A stretch of DNA of 64,000 nucleotides from Minisyncoccota bacterium (GTDB lineage: Bacteria > Patescibacteriota > Minisyncoccia > Phycocordibacterales > SBAW01). The stretch is from assembly GCA_035546615.1 (NCBI GenBank), contig DASZWM010000003.1, positions 64,001-128,000 on the forward strand. Direction: 5' to 3'. Below, one piece after another: positions 48,905 through 60,360 of this stretch (the first letter of the stretch is position 1; every line of letters starts with the position of its first letter). The notes beneath the pieces were generated by a model that saw only the letters and a list, made by a program, of their open reading frames with translations, made no database searches and was not told the DNA's origin. The position numbers and the translations under genes were made by a program.

Positions 48905-50125
48905 TTAAAAAGGTATGACGGGCAGGCCGGGAACGGCCTGCCCGCTGCCGTCGTTGTCAGAATCGTCGTCTTGCGAGGTAGCGCCTCCCCAACCGCCGAT
49001 AGAAGCGTGGACGAAGTCGCCGTCGAACTTGGCGCTCGCCTCAATAAGCGCCTTGAGCTCGATGCCCCCCTTCAGCACCGCGCTGAACATCGCGCGCGCA
49101 TCAGCGTAAGCGCCGTCGCGAAGCTCGCTGTCGCCCACCTTGGCCTGCGTCTCCAGCTGGGCGAGCTGGGACTGCACCTTGTCGGTCGTCGTAGCGTCGA
49201 GCGAGTCGGCAACCTGCGCATAGGCCTTGCGGGCCTGGCTTAGGTCGTACAAAGCTTTCTTCTGAAGCTGCATCGCTATTTTTTTGTCCACGGCGGAAGC
49301 CTGCGCGTCCTCAGCGGATTCCGTATCCGCTTCCAGCGCGGCGGTAGCCGACACATCGTCGGACGTAGTCGCCTCTTCCTCGCCCGGCGCCGCCTCGTTT
49401 GAAAGCATGCTCACCTGCATCTTGGCGGCCATGGGCGCCATGGCCTTTGCCGTGCGCGCGGGAGCGGCGGCCACTGCAAGGTCGGCGTCGCGCGAGCGCA
49501 CGCGCATGGCGAGCGAGTCGGAATTCTCCTGGGTCTGCGTGTCGCGGCTGTCCCGGCCGAGGCTCGCCAAGATGCTTCCATGGGCGGAGAGCGACGAGTC
49601 AAGGGTGAGCTTCGCCTCCACGCCCGCGCTCGGGTCCTTCTCTTCTATCGCCTGCGCGAGCACGTCGGCCTGCGCCACATGCTCTTCGAAGTTGGATGCG
49701 ATCTGCGCGGTCGCCGACGTGTCGAGCCGGCCCTGGGAGGCGAGCGTCTCGGCCTCCTCAAGGCGCTCCTGCGCCACGGACGTGTGGTACGAAAGCTTCG
49801 CTTCGTCGGAAACCGCGAGCGCGCCCGCGACCTTTTCGTTCACATAAATCTTCACCGGGTAGAGAATCCCGCCGGGGAGCGCGCCCTTGGCGGCATAGGC
49901 GGTGGAGCTGCCCAGCACTATCACGAGCACCGCCGCAAGCGCGGTCGCGTATCGCACCGAGAACCAGGAGTACGCGGTGAACACAGCGGCGCGCTGGCGC
50001 GGAGCGGGCGCGTACTTTGCCCCGTCTATTATTTCAAAAATTCGGGCACGCATACCGGCCTTCTCGTCGTGCGAGAGGCGGATATTCTTTGCGGCGCTAT
50101 TCAGTTTGTTGAGAGGATTGTTCAT
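48905..50125 (-). CDS. membrane-anchored Ala-rich coiled-coil protein, putative anti-sigma factor (DUF5667-like)
   Basis: 4-nt overlap with the upstream ECF sigma gene. Single TM, then a long Ala/Gln-rich helical periplasmic region. Confidence 0.5.
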   Translation of the reverse strand: MNNPLNKLNSAAKNIRLSHDEKAGMRARIFEIIDGAKYAPAPRQRAAVFTAYSWFSVRYATALAAVLVIVLGSSTAYAAKGALPGGILYPVKIYVNEKVAGALAVSDEAKLSYHTSVAQERLEEAETLASQGRLDTSATAQIASNFEEHVAQADVLAQAIEEKDPSAGVEAKLTLDSSLSAHGSILASLGRDSRDTQTQENSDSLAMRVRSRDADLAVAAAPARTAKAMAPMAAKMQVSMLSNEAAPGEEEATTSDDVSATAALEADTESAEDAQASAVDKKIAMQLQKKALYDLSQARKAYAQVADSLDATTTDKVQSQLAQLETQAKVGDSELRDGAYADARAMFSAVLKGGIELKALIEASAKFDGDFVHASIGGWGGATSQDDDSDNDGSGQAVPGLPVIPF

Positions 50126-50661
50126 GCTGGTTTTTCTTCAGGTTCGAGCGCGGCCTTCAGCTTTTTAAGCCCGCGGTGGATGCGTACCGATACCGCGTTC
50201 TCGTTCTCCCCTATCGACTCCGCTATCTCCTTCGGCGAGAAGCCGTCGACATAGCGCATCGAAAGCACTTCACGATAGGAATCCGGCAGCCCCTTGAGCG
50301 CCTCAAGCGCGCGGGCTCCGTCGAACCGCTCTATCGCCGTTTCAAGGGTATTGGTCTCGTCGGCGGGCACAAGCGCGTCTATGCCGCCGCTTTCCTCGTT
50401 CTTTTCCGCGATGCCCTCAAGCGAGAGGTTCTTGTTCTTGCGGTACTCGTCGATTATAAGGTTGCGCAGCGTGCGATAGAGAAAAGGCCTCAGTTCGCGC
50501 ACCTCGTTGCCTTTGCTCATGTATTCCCAGGTCTTAAGGAACGCCTCCTGGGTAAGCTCGAGCGCCCGCTCGCGGTCGGACAGTCGCAGGGCCGCATGCC
50601 GGAAAAGCTCGTCGCTGTAGCGCTCGTAGGCTTCGCCGAATTGTCCCGCTATGTCCTGCAT
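50122..50661 (-). CDS. RNA polymerase sigma-70 factor, ECF subfamily
   Basis: Region 2 (LRNLIIDEYRKNK) and region 4 HTH (YREVLSMRYVDGFSPKEIAESIGENENAVSVRIHRGLKKLK). Confidence 0.8.
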   Translation of the reverse strand: MQDIAGQFGEAYERYSDELFRHAALRLSDRERALELTQEAFLKTWEYMSKGNEVRELRPFLYRTLRNLIIDEYRKNKNLSLEGIAEKNEESGGIDALVPADETNTLETAIERFDGARALEALKGLPDSYREVLSMRYVDGFSPKEIAESIGENENAVSVRIHRGLKKLKAALEPEEKPA

Positions 50662-50807
50662 ATATAGACGTATCCGGGCGCCAACCCTTTCACGCGCCCT
50701 TTATTGTAGCGGATTCGGAACATGAAGGCGATTCTTGCCTTTTTCATGCTTCGTAGGGTATACAGGGAGAGGGGCTACGTTCTGTTTGATACAGGAGTCT
50801 CATAATC

Positions 50808-51263
50808 GTGAATAAAAGCGAAGAGCCGGCTTCCAGTTCGAAGCTGAAGAAGAAGTCTGATGTGGAAGACTGGTGGAGTACCACCGCTGGAGAGCTGAGT
50901 TCTAGGCTCATGCACTTCGGCGAAAAGAAACACCTGACGCGCCTACGCAAGACCGTGAAAGCGGTCGCACGCAACAAGGAGATCGCCGAGGAGCTTGCCC
51001 GGCGCTTCCCCACCAACAGCGCGGCGGAAAAGCGCCGCCTGCATGCGGCAATAGCCGCGCTCGCGATACGCAAGAAGCTATATGTCCGCGGCCGGGCACG
51101 GCTGGACGAGGACACCGCAGCTCTTGCACAGTGGCTCGAGGACAAAACGTTCGACCTCGGACACAAGACCCACGAATGGAGAAAGCAGGAGCGGGACGTC
51201 TACATCGCTCATCTGCCCCTGCTCTTGGCGCTCCATGAGCGCAAAAACGCCTCCGTGCAATAA
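50808..51263 (+). CDS. hypothetical protein (basic, helical)
   Basis: 151 aa with no assignable domain. Confidence 0.4.
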   Translation: MNKSEEPASSSKLKKKSDVEDWWSTTAGELSSRLMHFGEKKHLTRLRKTVKAVARNKEIAEELARRFPTNSAAEKRRLHAAIAALAIRKKLYVRGRARLDEDTAALAQWLEDKTFDLGHKTHEWRKQERDVYIAHLPLLLALHERKNASVQ

Positions 51264-51328
51264 AGAAGAGCCGCTGCGGAAACGCGGCGGCTCTCTACTT
51301 TTTATATGCGGATGAGTACAATACCCCT

Positions 51329-53497
51329 ATGCAGCCGTCCGACCCCCTCTCCAAGCACCTTCGGCTCAGCGAAGAGCACTCAAACGCCCTGTCGCGCCTC
51401 GGCATCAAGACCGTACGCGATCTCCTCTTTTATTTCCCCTTCCGCTACGACCAAGGAGGCGGCGAGGCAAGCGTAGCAGGCCTAACGGTGGGCGCGGAAG
51501 TATCCATCATCGGCACGCTCGAAAAGCTTGAGGCGAAGAAATCATGGAAGAGCCGCATCCCCGTCGCCGAAGGATATCTGCGCGACGCGACCGGCCGCAT
51601 CAAACTGCGTTTTTTCAATCAGCCGTACATCGCAAAAATGTATACGGACGGCCTGCTAGTTAAGGCTACCGGCAAAGTGAGCGGCTCGGCCGGAAAGGAA
51701 TATCTCGCAAACCCGCAGCTTGAACGCGTCTCCCCTACCGAAGCGGGGCTGTTCAAGAAAACCGCGGACATTCTGGCGGAGGCCGACGCGGAAGTGCCGA
51801 CCCTTTTCGCGATGTATCCGGAAACGCGCGGCATTACCTCGCTCTGGTTCCGGCACGCGATAGAAAAAGTACTGAACGGCGGGGCGCTGGACGCGATGGA
51901 AGACCCGATTCCCGCCGATATGCTTAAGCGCTATAACTTGCCCACACTTAGGAGCGCCCTGGTCTGGATACACGCGCCGCAAACGCTGAAGGACGCCGAG
52001 GCCGCGCGCAAGCGATTCGCGTTTCAGGAAGTATTTTTGATACAGCTCGAGCGCGGGCGCGAACGCGCGCTCCAGGCGCGCGAAAAAAGCTTTTCCATTG
52101 ATGCGCCGGAAGAAGCTGTGGAGGAGTTCATGGGCGAATTCCCTTTCGAGGCGACCGATGCGCAGAAGCGCGCTATCGACGCGATACTAAACGACATGCG
52201 CAGCGGCCGCCCCATGTCGCGACTGCTGGAAGGCGACGTCGGAAGCGGCAAGACAGCGGTGGCGGCAACAGCCGCCTATGCCGCCGTGCGGACTCGGCCC
52301 CAAGGACAAAAGTACGGCACGCTCCAGGTGGCCTACATGGCGCCAACCGAGATCCTCGCCAAGCAGCATTTCGAATCCTTCATCAAGTATTTCGAGAAGT
52401 TCCCTATCAATATCGGGCTCATCACGGGCTCTGGCTGTTTCAAATTCCCTTCTAAAAGCCGGCGCGACGAGGCCACGAACATTTCGCGCGCGCAGCTTCT
52501 GAAGTGGGTGGCTAACGGCGAGATACCGGTCTTGATCGGCACGCATGCGCTCATACAGAAATCGGTCGCGTTTAAGCACCTGGCGCTCGTCGTGATAGAC
52601 GAGCAGCACCGCTTCGGCACCAACCAGCGCCGCAAGCTCGCCAAAAAAGAAGAGCGGCTGCCCCATCTGCTGTCCATGACCGCAACCCCCATCCCCCGCA
52701 CGCTCGCGCTCACTATATATGGAGACCTCGATCTGACGCTCTTGGACCAGATGCCGCCGGGCCGCAAAACTATCATCACCGAAATCGTGAAGCCGGAGGA
52801 CCGTGGCGAGGCGTACCAGCTCATGCGCCGCGAACTCAAGGACGGCCGCCAGGCGTACGTCATCTGCCCGCGCATCGACGAGCCGGACCCGGACAAGGCG
52901 TTCGCGATACAGGCGAAGTCGGTGAAGGAAGAAGCGAAGCGCCTGAAGCTGAAAGTATTCCCGGAATATGCGATCGAGATACTGCACAGCAAGATGAAGC
53001 CCAAGGAGAAGGACGATATCATGGCGCGGTTCGCCGCGCACGAGATAGATATTCTTGTGGCAACATCGGTCGTGGAGGTGGGCGTGAACGTACCCAACGC
53101 GACGCTCATCATGATAGAGGGCGCGGAGCGCTTCGGCCTTTCCCAGCTCCACCAGCTGCGCGGACGCGTCGTACGGTCCAACCATCAGGCGTATTGCTTC
53201 GTGTGCCCGGAATCGCGCGGAGAAAAGACCCTGGCCCGTCTCAAGGCGCTTACGAAAGCCAAGAACGGCTTTGAATTGGCCGAGATGGACCTGATGCAGC
53301 GCGGGCCGGGAGAATTGTCAGGCCGCCAGCAATGGGGCATCTCCGACATCGGCATGGAGGCGCTCAAGAACCTGAAACTGGTCGAAGCCGCGCGCAACGA
53401 AGCGCTTGAGCTCATACAAAAGGACGAAATGCTGGCGAAGCACCCACTCTTAGACCAAGCCCTCGCCGATCGCCGGCCCACGATGCATTTTGAGTAG
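51329..53497 (+). CDS. recG: ATP-dependent DNA helicase RecG
   Basis: Wedge/OB N-terminal domain, Walker A GDVGSGKT, DEQH box (VIDEQHRFG) and helicase C domain. 722 aa. Confidence 0.9.
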   Translation: MQPSDPLSKHLRLSEEHSNALSRLGIKTVRDLLFYFPFRYDQGGGEASVAGLTVGAEVSIIGTLEKLEAKKSWKSRIPVAEGYLRDATGRIKLRFFNQPYIAKMYTDGLLVKATGKVSGSAGKEYLANPQLERVSPTEAGLFKKTADILAEADAEVPTLFAMYPETRGITSLWFRHAIEKVLNGGALDAMEDPIPADMLKRYNLPTLRSALVWIHAPQTLKDAEAARKRFAFQEVFLIQLERGRERALQAREKSFSIDAPEEAVEEFMGEFPFEATDAQKRAIDAILNDMRSGRPMSRLLEGDVGSGKTAVAATAAYAAVRTRPQGQKYGTLQVAYMAPTEILAKQHFESFIKYFEKFPINIGLITGSGCFKFPSKSRRDEATNISRAQLLKWVANGEIPVLIGTHALIQKSVAFKHLALVVIDEQHRFGTNQRRKLAKKEERLPHLLSMTATPIPRTLALTIYGDLDLTLLDQMPPGRKTIITEIVKPEDRGEAYQLMRRELKDGRQAYVICPRIDEPDPDKAFAIQAKSVKEEAKRLKLKVFPEYAIEILHSKMKPKEKDDIMARFAAHEIDILVATSVVEVGVNVPNATLIMIEGAERFGLSQLHQLRGRVVRSNHQAYCFVCPESRGEKTLARLKALTKAKNGFELAEMDLMQRGPGELSGRQQWGISDIGMEALKNLKLVEAARNEALELIQKDEMLAKHPLLDQALADRRPTMHFE

Positions 53498-53522
53498 GGA
53501 TGATATATATTGAGACAGAAAC

Positions 53523-53595
53523 GGGCGTGTAGCTCAGTTGGTAGAGCAGCCGACTTATACTCGGCCGGTCCCAGGTTCGATCCCTGGCGCGCCCA
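53523..53595 (+). tRNA. tRNA-Ile (anticodon UAU)
   Basis: Manual fold: GGGCGUG acceptor, D-arm GCUC-AGUUGGUA-GAGC, anticodon arm GCCGA-CUUAUAC-UCGGC, T-arm CCAGG-UUCGAUC-CCUGG, discriminator A. Confidence 0.75.
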
Positions 53596-53669
53596 CAAAA
53601 TACAGAAACACCTGCCCTGCGGCAGGTTTTGTGCTACTGTTGTGCGGGTTCATTAACAGGGAGGGCGCG

Positions 53670-54608
53670 ATGCCCCACAAACTGCATGGCCAATCGATCA
53701 TCTGGTCGCAAGACTTTGACGTGCCGCTGCTCGAAGAGCTGTTCGAGCTGGCGGACAAGCTCAAGAAAGAGCCTGAGAACAAGGCTCTGGCAGGCCAGCT
53801 GATAATCAGTCTCTTTTTCGAAAAGAGCACGAGAACTCGAATGTCTTTCGAGGCAGCGGTTCATGGACTGGGCGGTGATCGCATGACCACTGAAGACGCG
53901 ATGCAATTCTCCTCATTCGGCAAGGGTGAGCCGTTCGAGGAGGGCATACAGGTCATCTCCGCATACGGGCAGGCGATTATTCTCCGACATCCGGAGGACG
54001 ATGCCGCCATGCGGGCGCGCGACTATCTGCAAAGCTTCAACATCTGGGTGCCCATCATCAACGCCGGATGCGGCCAGGCGCAGCATCCGACACAGTCGCT
54101 GCTTGATCTCTATACTATCCGCGAGCTCCGCGGCCGTATCGAGAACCTTACAATCGTCATTGTGGGCGACCTCAAGCACAGCCGTGTGGTTCGCTCGCTC
54201 ATCTACCTGCTCGGCAAATTCCCCGGCATCCGTATCATCCTGGTTGCGCCGTGGGAGCTCGCCATCGGCCACAACATGCTCGCCTACATGCGGCGGCATG
54301 GAGTGGAATTCCTGCAGACGCCGAAGCTCGCCGATGTCATCGGGGAGGCCGACGTAGTCTATTTCACCCGCGTCCAGAAGGAGCGGTTCGAAGATCCGAA
54401 GGAGTACGAGCGCCTCAAGAACTCGTATCGCCTTACGGTCGGGCTTGCGGAGAAGATGCGGCCCGGCGCCGCCATCATGCATCCGCTTCCCCGCGTCGAC
54501 GAGATAGACGAGGCGGTATCGCGGATGCCGCAGGCCCATTGGATAACGCAATCCAACAACGGCGTGCCGATTCGCAAGGCACTGCTCCAGATGGTGCTCG
54601 GCGAGTGA
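53670..54608 (+). CDS. pyrB: aspartate carbamoyltransferase catalytic subunit
   Basis: Motifs STRTR, HPTQ (GQAQHPTQSLLDL) and HPLP. RBS GGGAGGG 7 nt before ATG 53670. The upstream part of the long ORF overlaps the tRNA and is rejected. Confidence 0.85.
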   Translation: MPHKLHGQSIIWSQDFDVPLLEELFELADKLKKEPENKALAGQLIISLFFEKSTRTRMSFEAAVHGLGGDRMTTEDAMQFSSFGKGEPFEEGIQVISAYGQAIILRHPEDDAAMRARDYLQSFNIWVPIINAGCGQAQHPTQSLLDLYTIRELRGRIENLTIVIVGDLKHSRVVRSLIYLLGKFPGIRIILVAPWELAIGHNMLAYMRRHGVEFLQTPKLADVIGEADVVYFTRVQKERFEDPKEYERLKNSYRLTVGLAEKMRPGAAIMHPLPRVDEIDEAVSRMPQAHWITQSNNGVPIRKALLQMVLGE

Positions 54609-54726
54609 CGACAAACTTCGCAGCAGGGCCGCGGTCTTCGGACCGCGGCCTTTCTTTTTCATAGCAGCGGCTGTATTGTGCGATGGGTTCTTTCCCATAC
54701 ATCGCAAACCAACGGAGGATACGGCG

Positions 54727-55893
54727 ATGGAAGTACAAGGAGACGCCGACACCGCACTAAAGGTCGTCATGCGCAAGCCTGCCGATATGCACCAACATGT
54801 CCGTACGGGCGCAACGCTCGAGCTGGTGGCGCCGATGGTGCGAGCTCGATTCGCGACATTCGTAGCGATGCCAAATACCCAGCCTGACTACATCACCACC
54901 AGCGACGCTTTGGTGGCGTATCACAGCGAGATCGTCGGCGCCATGTTTCCCGAGTGGAGCGCGCGAGGCTACAAGCCCGGCAAGGATCCCGACCGGGTGC
55001 CGGATTGCCTCATGACGCTCTACTTCACCGACGCTCTCGAGCCCAAAGAGATCGAGCATTCCCTGCCCTATCCGTTCGCGGGAGTGAAATACTACCCGCG
55101 GGGCCTCACGACCAACAGCGACAAAGGAATCGCGGACCCAGCATCGCTCTGGACCCCCGGTACGAAAGCGTACGAAGTCGTGCGCATGCTCGCGGACAGC
55201 GATAAGGTGTTGCTCATGCACGGAGCGGATGGCCTCGATAAAGACCGTCACGAGCTCGACCCGTTCGAGCAGGAGCCGCATTTCTTCCGCGAGACGCTGC
55301 CTCGTACCATGGATGCACATCCGGACGCTAAGATCTCGGTCGAGCATCTCTCGACCGCGGTCGGCGCGGAGTTCATCCGCAACCACGGGAGCGAGCGGCT
55401 CGGCTGCTCGCTCACGCCGCACCACCTGCTTCTGGACCGGCGCGACGTGCTGCGGGGCGGCTTCAATCCGCACCGCTACTGGCTGCCGCCCATCCAATCG
55501 AGCGAGCATAAGGAGGAGCTCCGCCGGCTGGCGGCGGAAGACCATCCGTTCGTGTGGCTTGGCAGCGACTCGGCTCCGCATACGGTCGATAAGAAGCAGG
55601 CGGCATGTTGCGCGGGCGGCGTGCTCACCGCGCACGCGGGGATTGAGCTGTATGTCGAGGCGTTCGAGGATATGGGCGCGCTCGACGATCGGTTCGAACG
55701 GTTCGCGTCTGTTAACGGCCCGCGGTTCTACGGCTACGAGCCGAGCGGCGAGAAGATAACCCTCATTCGGGAAGAATGGAAGTTCAATAATTTCTTCTGT
55801 CTCTCGACCGACGTCAGCCAGCGGCTGAACCCGGAGCAGAACATCCGTCCGTTCCGCCTCGGCGAACCAATCCGCTGGAAGCTGGCCGTGTAG
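54727..55893 (+). CDS. pyrC: dihydroorotase (amidohydrolase superfamily)
   Basis: Metal-binding HxH (DMHQHV) and GSDSAPH motif. RBS GGAGG 8 nt before ATG 54727. Immediately downstream of pyrB. Confidence 0.75.
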   Translation: MEVQGDADTALKVVMRKPADMHQHVRTGATLELVAPMVRARFATFVAMPNTQPDYITTSDALVAYHSEIVGAMFPEWSARGYKPGKDPDRVPDCLMTLYFTDALEPKEIEHSLPYPFAGVKYYPRGLTTNSDKGIADPASLWTPGTKAYEVVRMLADSDKVLLMHGADGLDKDRHELDPFEQEPHFFRETLPRTMDAHPDAKISVEHLSTAVGAEFIRNHGSERLGCSLTPHHLLLDRRDVLRGGFNPHRYWLPPIQSSEHKEELRRLAAEDHPFVWLGSDSAPHTVDKKQAACCAGGVLTAHAGIELYVEAFEDMGALDDRFERFASVNGPRFYGYEPSGEKITLIREEWKFNNFFCLSTDVSQRLNPEQNIRPFRLGEPIRWKLAV

Positions 55894-56037
55894 GCCCCTA
55901 CAAAACCTGCCGCGGCGTTCCCTACTTGGGATGCCGCGGCTTTTCTTTTATGAATTCTTCTTCATGTACCGTTCATCAAAGCCCCTGTATACAGAAGGCT
56001 GGCTCGAATAAAAGCTTTATCAATTATAGGCAATTAC

Positions 56038-56793
56038 ATGAAAAATATATCAAAGACAGGCATCGTTTCAGTCCTCGCGGCGGCGGCTTTCGTTATCGGC
56101 CCGTTTAGCGCATTTGCGCTTACGGTCGACAGCGCCGGCGCGGCATCGGCCGACACCTCCGTATCAGGCTCGGCTAACGGCAGCGGCTCCAACACGACGG
56201 GCACCGCCGCGGGCAACGCCACCGTAGACGTAGGCGTGTCCGGCAGCGCATCGGGCAATACGACCGGAGCGACCGGTACCGATACCGACACTTCCGGCAG
56301 CGGCAATGCATCCGGCAGCACCGGCGCAACGCTCGACACCAACGCAAACGGCGTTGCGATCAGCTCATCCGGCCAGGTATCTTCCGATGCCGACCTTGAG
56401 GTCTTCAGCAGCAACGCGGAGAAAATGGACGCTAACGTGAAGGATGTCGAGGCGAGCTCGGACAACGAGATCAAGGTCGCCTACGCGCACGCGGGGCGCC
56501 TCTTCGGCTTCATTCCGGTCAAGGTAACCTCCGAGACCGACGTCTCAGTAGACGCCAGCGGCAACACCAACATCCACACCCGCATGCCGTGGTGGAACAT
56601 GTTCGTCACCCGCACGCACCAGGTAAGCAACGACGTCGACACCTACCTCTCCGCTTCGCTCACGGGAAGCATGAAGCTTTCGGCGGACGCATCGGCGGCG
56701 GAGCGCGCTCGCATCATAGAGTCGATCATCCGCGCGCACTCTTCGCTTGAGGCGGACGCAAGCGCGCAGGCAAGCGGCACCGCGCAGTACTAA
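56038..56793 (+). CDS. secreted Gly/Ser/Thr/Ala-rich repeat protein
   Basis: Signal peptide (MKNISKTGIVSVLAAAAFVIGPFSAFA) then low-complexity GS/GT repeats and a structured C-terminal domain. Confidence 0.55.
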   Translation: MKNISKTGIVSVLAAAAFVIGPFSAFALTVDSAGAASADTSVSGSANGSGSNTTGTAAGNATVDVGVSGSASGNTTGATGTDTDTSGSGNASGSTGATLDTNANGVAISSSGQVSSDADLEVFSSNAEKMDANVKDVEASSDNEIKVAYAHAGRLFGFIPVKVTSETDVSVDASGNTNIHTRMPWWNMFVTRTHQVSNDVDTYLSASLTGSMKLSADASAAERARIIESIIRAHSSLEADASAQASGTAQY

Positions 56794-56811
56794 CTAATTT
56801 TGCCAGGGCAG

Positions 56812-56842
56812 AAAAACCCGCGCCTCAGGCGCGGGTTTTTCG
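56812..56842. terminator. bidirectional intrinsic terminator
   Basis: AAAAACCCGCGCC-UCAG-GGCGCGGGUUUUU, with A/T tracts on both sides. Sits between convergent genes. Confidence 0.7.
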
Positions 56843-56847
56843 TGGGC

Positions 56848-57240
56848 TTACGAGAGCTTCGATTTTATTTCCGTCAGCTCCTTCTCTACCCTATCAAGCT
56901 GGGCCTTCATCGCTTCGTTTATATCCACGTCCTTCATCACCTCCTCTTCGGTGCGCTCGACAAGCTTCTTCTGATTGCGATAGCCGGACAATATTATGTT
57001 GTCGCCGATGAAGAAGGAGACGAAGAGACCGGTTGGGAGTATCAAGAGCAGCCCGAGCGCGGCCGACGGCCAGCCGTACAGTATCGGGAAGTGCTCCGCC
57101 GCCTCCCATACGCCCTTCCAAAACAGCACGATGCCCACGCCGCCGATGAGCGCATAGAGTATCGGCCGGTGGCTGAGCCGCGCGCGCAAAGTGTCCTCAA
57201 GCTTGTCGAAAAACTTCACCAGTCCGCGTTCTCTGGTCAT
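56848..57240 (-). CDS. hypothetical membrane protein with C-terminal coiled coil
   Basis: 130 aa, 2-3 TM. Confidence 0.45.
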   Translation of the reverse strand: MTRERGLVKFFDKLEDTLRARLSHRPILYALIGGVGIVLFWKGVWEAAEHFPILYGWPSAALGLLLILPTGLFVSFFIGDNIILSGYRNQKKLVERTEEEVMKDVDINEAMKAQLDRVEKELTEIKSKLS

Positions 57241-57243
57241 ACC

Positions 57244-59199
<1,956 letters not shown>

Positions 59200-59447
59200 G
59201 ATAAAAAGAGTATAGCACTAGAACCAATCTCAATAAAACCCTGTAGGTAAAAAGATTTTACCTGGCTACTGCGAATCGTTTTGGACGGCTGCGACAGGCA
59301 ACGGCTCGGTCTTAGCGTATCAGGATACGCTTCGTCCTGCGCCGGCCCGTCTCGCTCGCCCAAAAGCGCTTCTCGTAACGCCATTTTTATTGAGATTGAT
59401 TCTCGCATATAGGAGCAAAAAAATGTGCGGGGTGCTATATTCTGCGT

Positions 59448-59909
59448 ATGAATCTCATCGAGCACAAGAAGGCGCGATTGGACTATGAGTTCCTCGAGGA
59501 ATACGAGGCGGGATTGGAGCTGCTCGGCTTCGAGGTAAAGAGCCTGCGCGCCCATCACGGCAAGCTTGAAGGCGCGCATATAGTGGTGCGCTCCTCTGGC
59601 CGGGCTCAAAATGTCGAGGCGTACATCGTAGGCATGTCCATCCCCCCCTACCAGGCCGGTAACACGCCCAAGGACTACGAAGCCGACCGCACCCGCCGCC
59701 TGCTCCTCACTAAAAAAGAGCTTGCGGGGATTGCCGGAATTGAAGGCCAGAAAGGCTTGACAATAGTACCTGTTTCGGTGTATAATAAAGGGAAGGTATT
59801 GAAGCTCCGAATAGCCGTCGCGCGCGGCCGTAAGCAGTACGACAAGCGCGCCGTCTTAAAGAAGCGGGATACCGACCGCGACATCCGCAGGACCTTGAAA
59901 AACGCTTAA
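59448..59909 (+). CDS. smpB: SsrA-binding protein SmpB
   Basis: Characteristic SmpB fold sequence with a C-terminal basic tail. 153 aa. Confidence 0.9.
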   Translation: MNLIEHKKARLDYEFLEEYEAGLELLGFEVKSLRAHHGKLEGAHIVVRSSGRAQNVEAYIVGMSIPPYQAGNTPKDYEADRTRRLLLTKKELAGIAGIEGQKGLTIVPVSVYNKGKVLKLRIAVARGRKQYDKRAVLKKRDTDRDIRRTLKNA

Positions 59910-59947
59910 GCCCTCCCCACCAGCACGCGACCTCTCACGTTCTGCTT

Positions 59948-60321
59948 GGGAGTGACAGGCTTAGACAATATAAATAATAGTTCGCACGCAAGGGAGAAGC
60001 GGGGACCTTCTTTAAAAAGCCCCAAACCATAACTGCAAAATCAGTTACATCGCCGTATTTCACGGTGAATGACCTCGCTTTCGCTACCGCAAGGAGCTAA
60101 GCGAGCATTGGCTCTGCAACGCTCGTGAGCGGAGTACCAATGTTATAACACCGAGATCGATCGGCTAGCCTGCTTGCCTAGCCCTTCTAAACTAAAGCTG
60201 CGATCCGGTCTTATTTCGTCTGCTTCTTACAACCGGGTCTAAGAAACAAAAGCAGCCTATCTCTTGTAGACCTGCGCTCTATCTTATGTTGCACGGCGGT
60301 TCAACTCCGCCCACTTCCACC
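59948..60321 (+). ncRNA. ssrA: tmRNA (SsrA), standard one-piece
   Basis: Immediately downstream of smpB. 5' GGGAGUG pairs with 3' CACUUCC, including the G3-U70 Ala identity pair. T-arm GGCGG-UUCAACU-CCGCC with a T-loop identical to E. coli tmRNA. Discriminator A then CC. PK1-like GCGGGGACC..AAAAAGCCCC. Candidate tag frame GCA(60035)..UAA(60098-60100). Confidence 0.7.
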
Positions 60322-60333
60322 GGTAAAAACATT

Positions 60334-60360
60334 GCGCCCTCATGGGCGCTTTTGTTTTTT
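60334..60360 (+). terminator. intrinsic terminator after tmRNA
   Basis: GCGCCC-UCAU-GGGCGC followed by UUUUGUUUUUU. Confidence 0.7.

Noticed and set aside
52187-53185. 332-aa and 282-aa minus-strand ORFs
   Set aside because: Antisense to recG. No motifs, Arg/Ser-rich.
53913-55635. Minus-strand ORFs 53913-54776 and 54757-55635
   Set aside because: Antisense to pyrB and pyrC.
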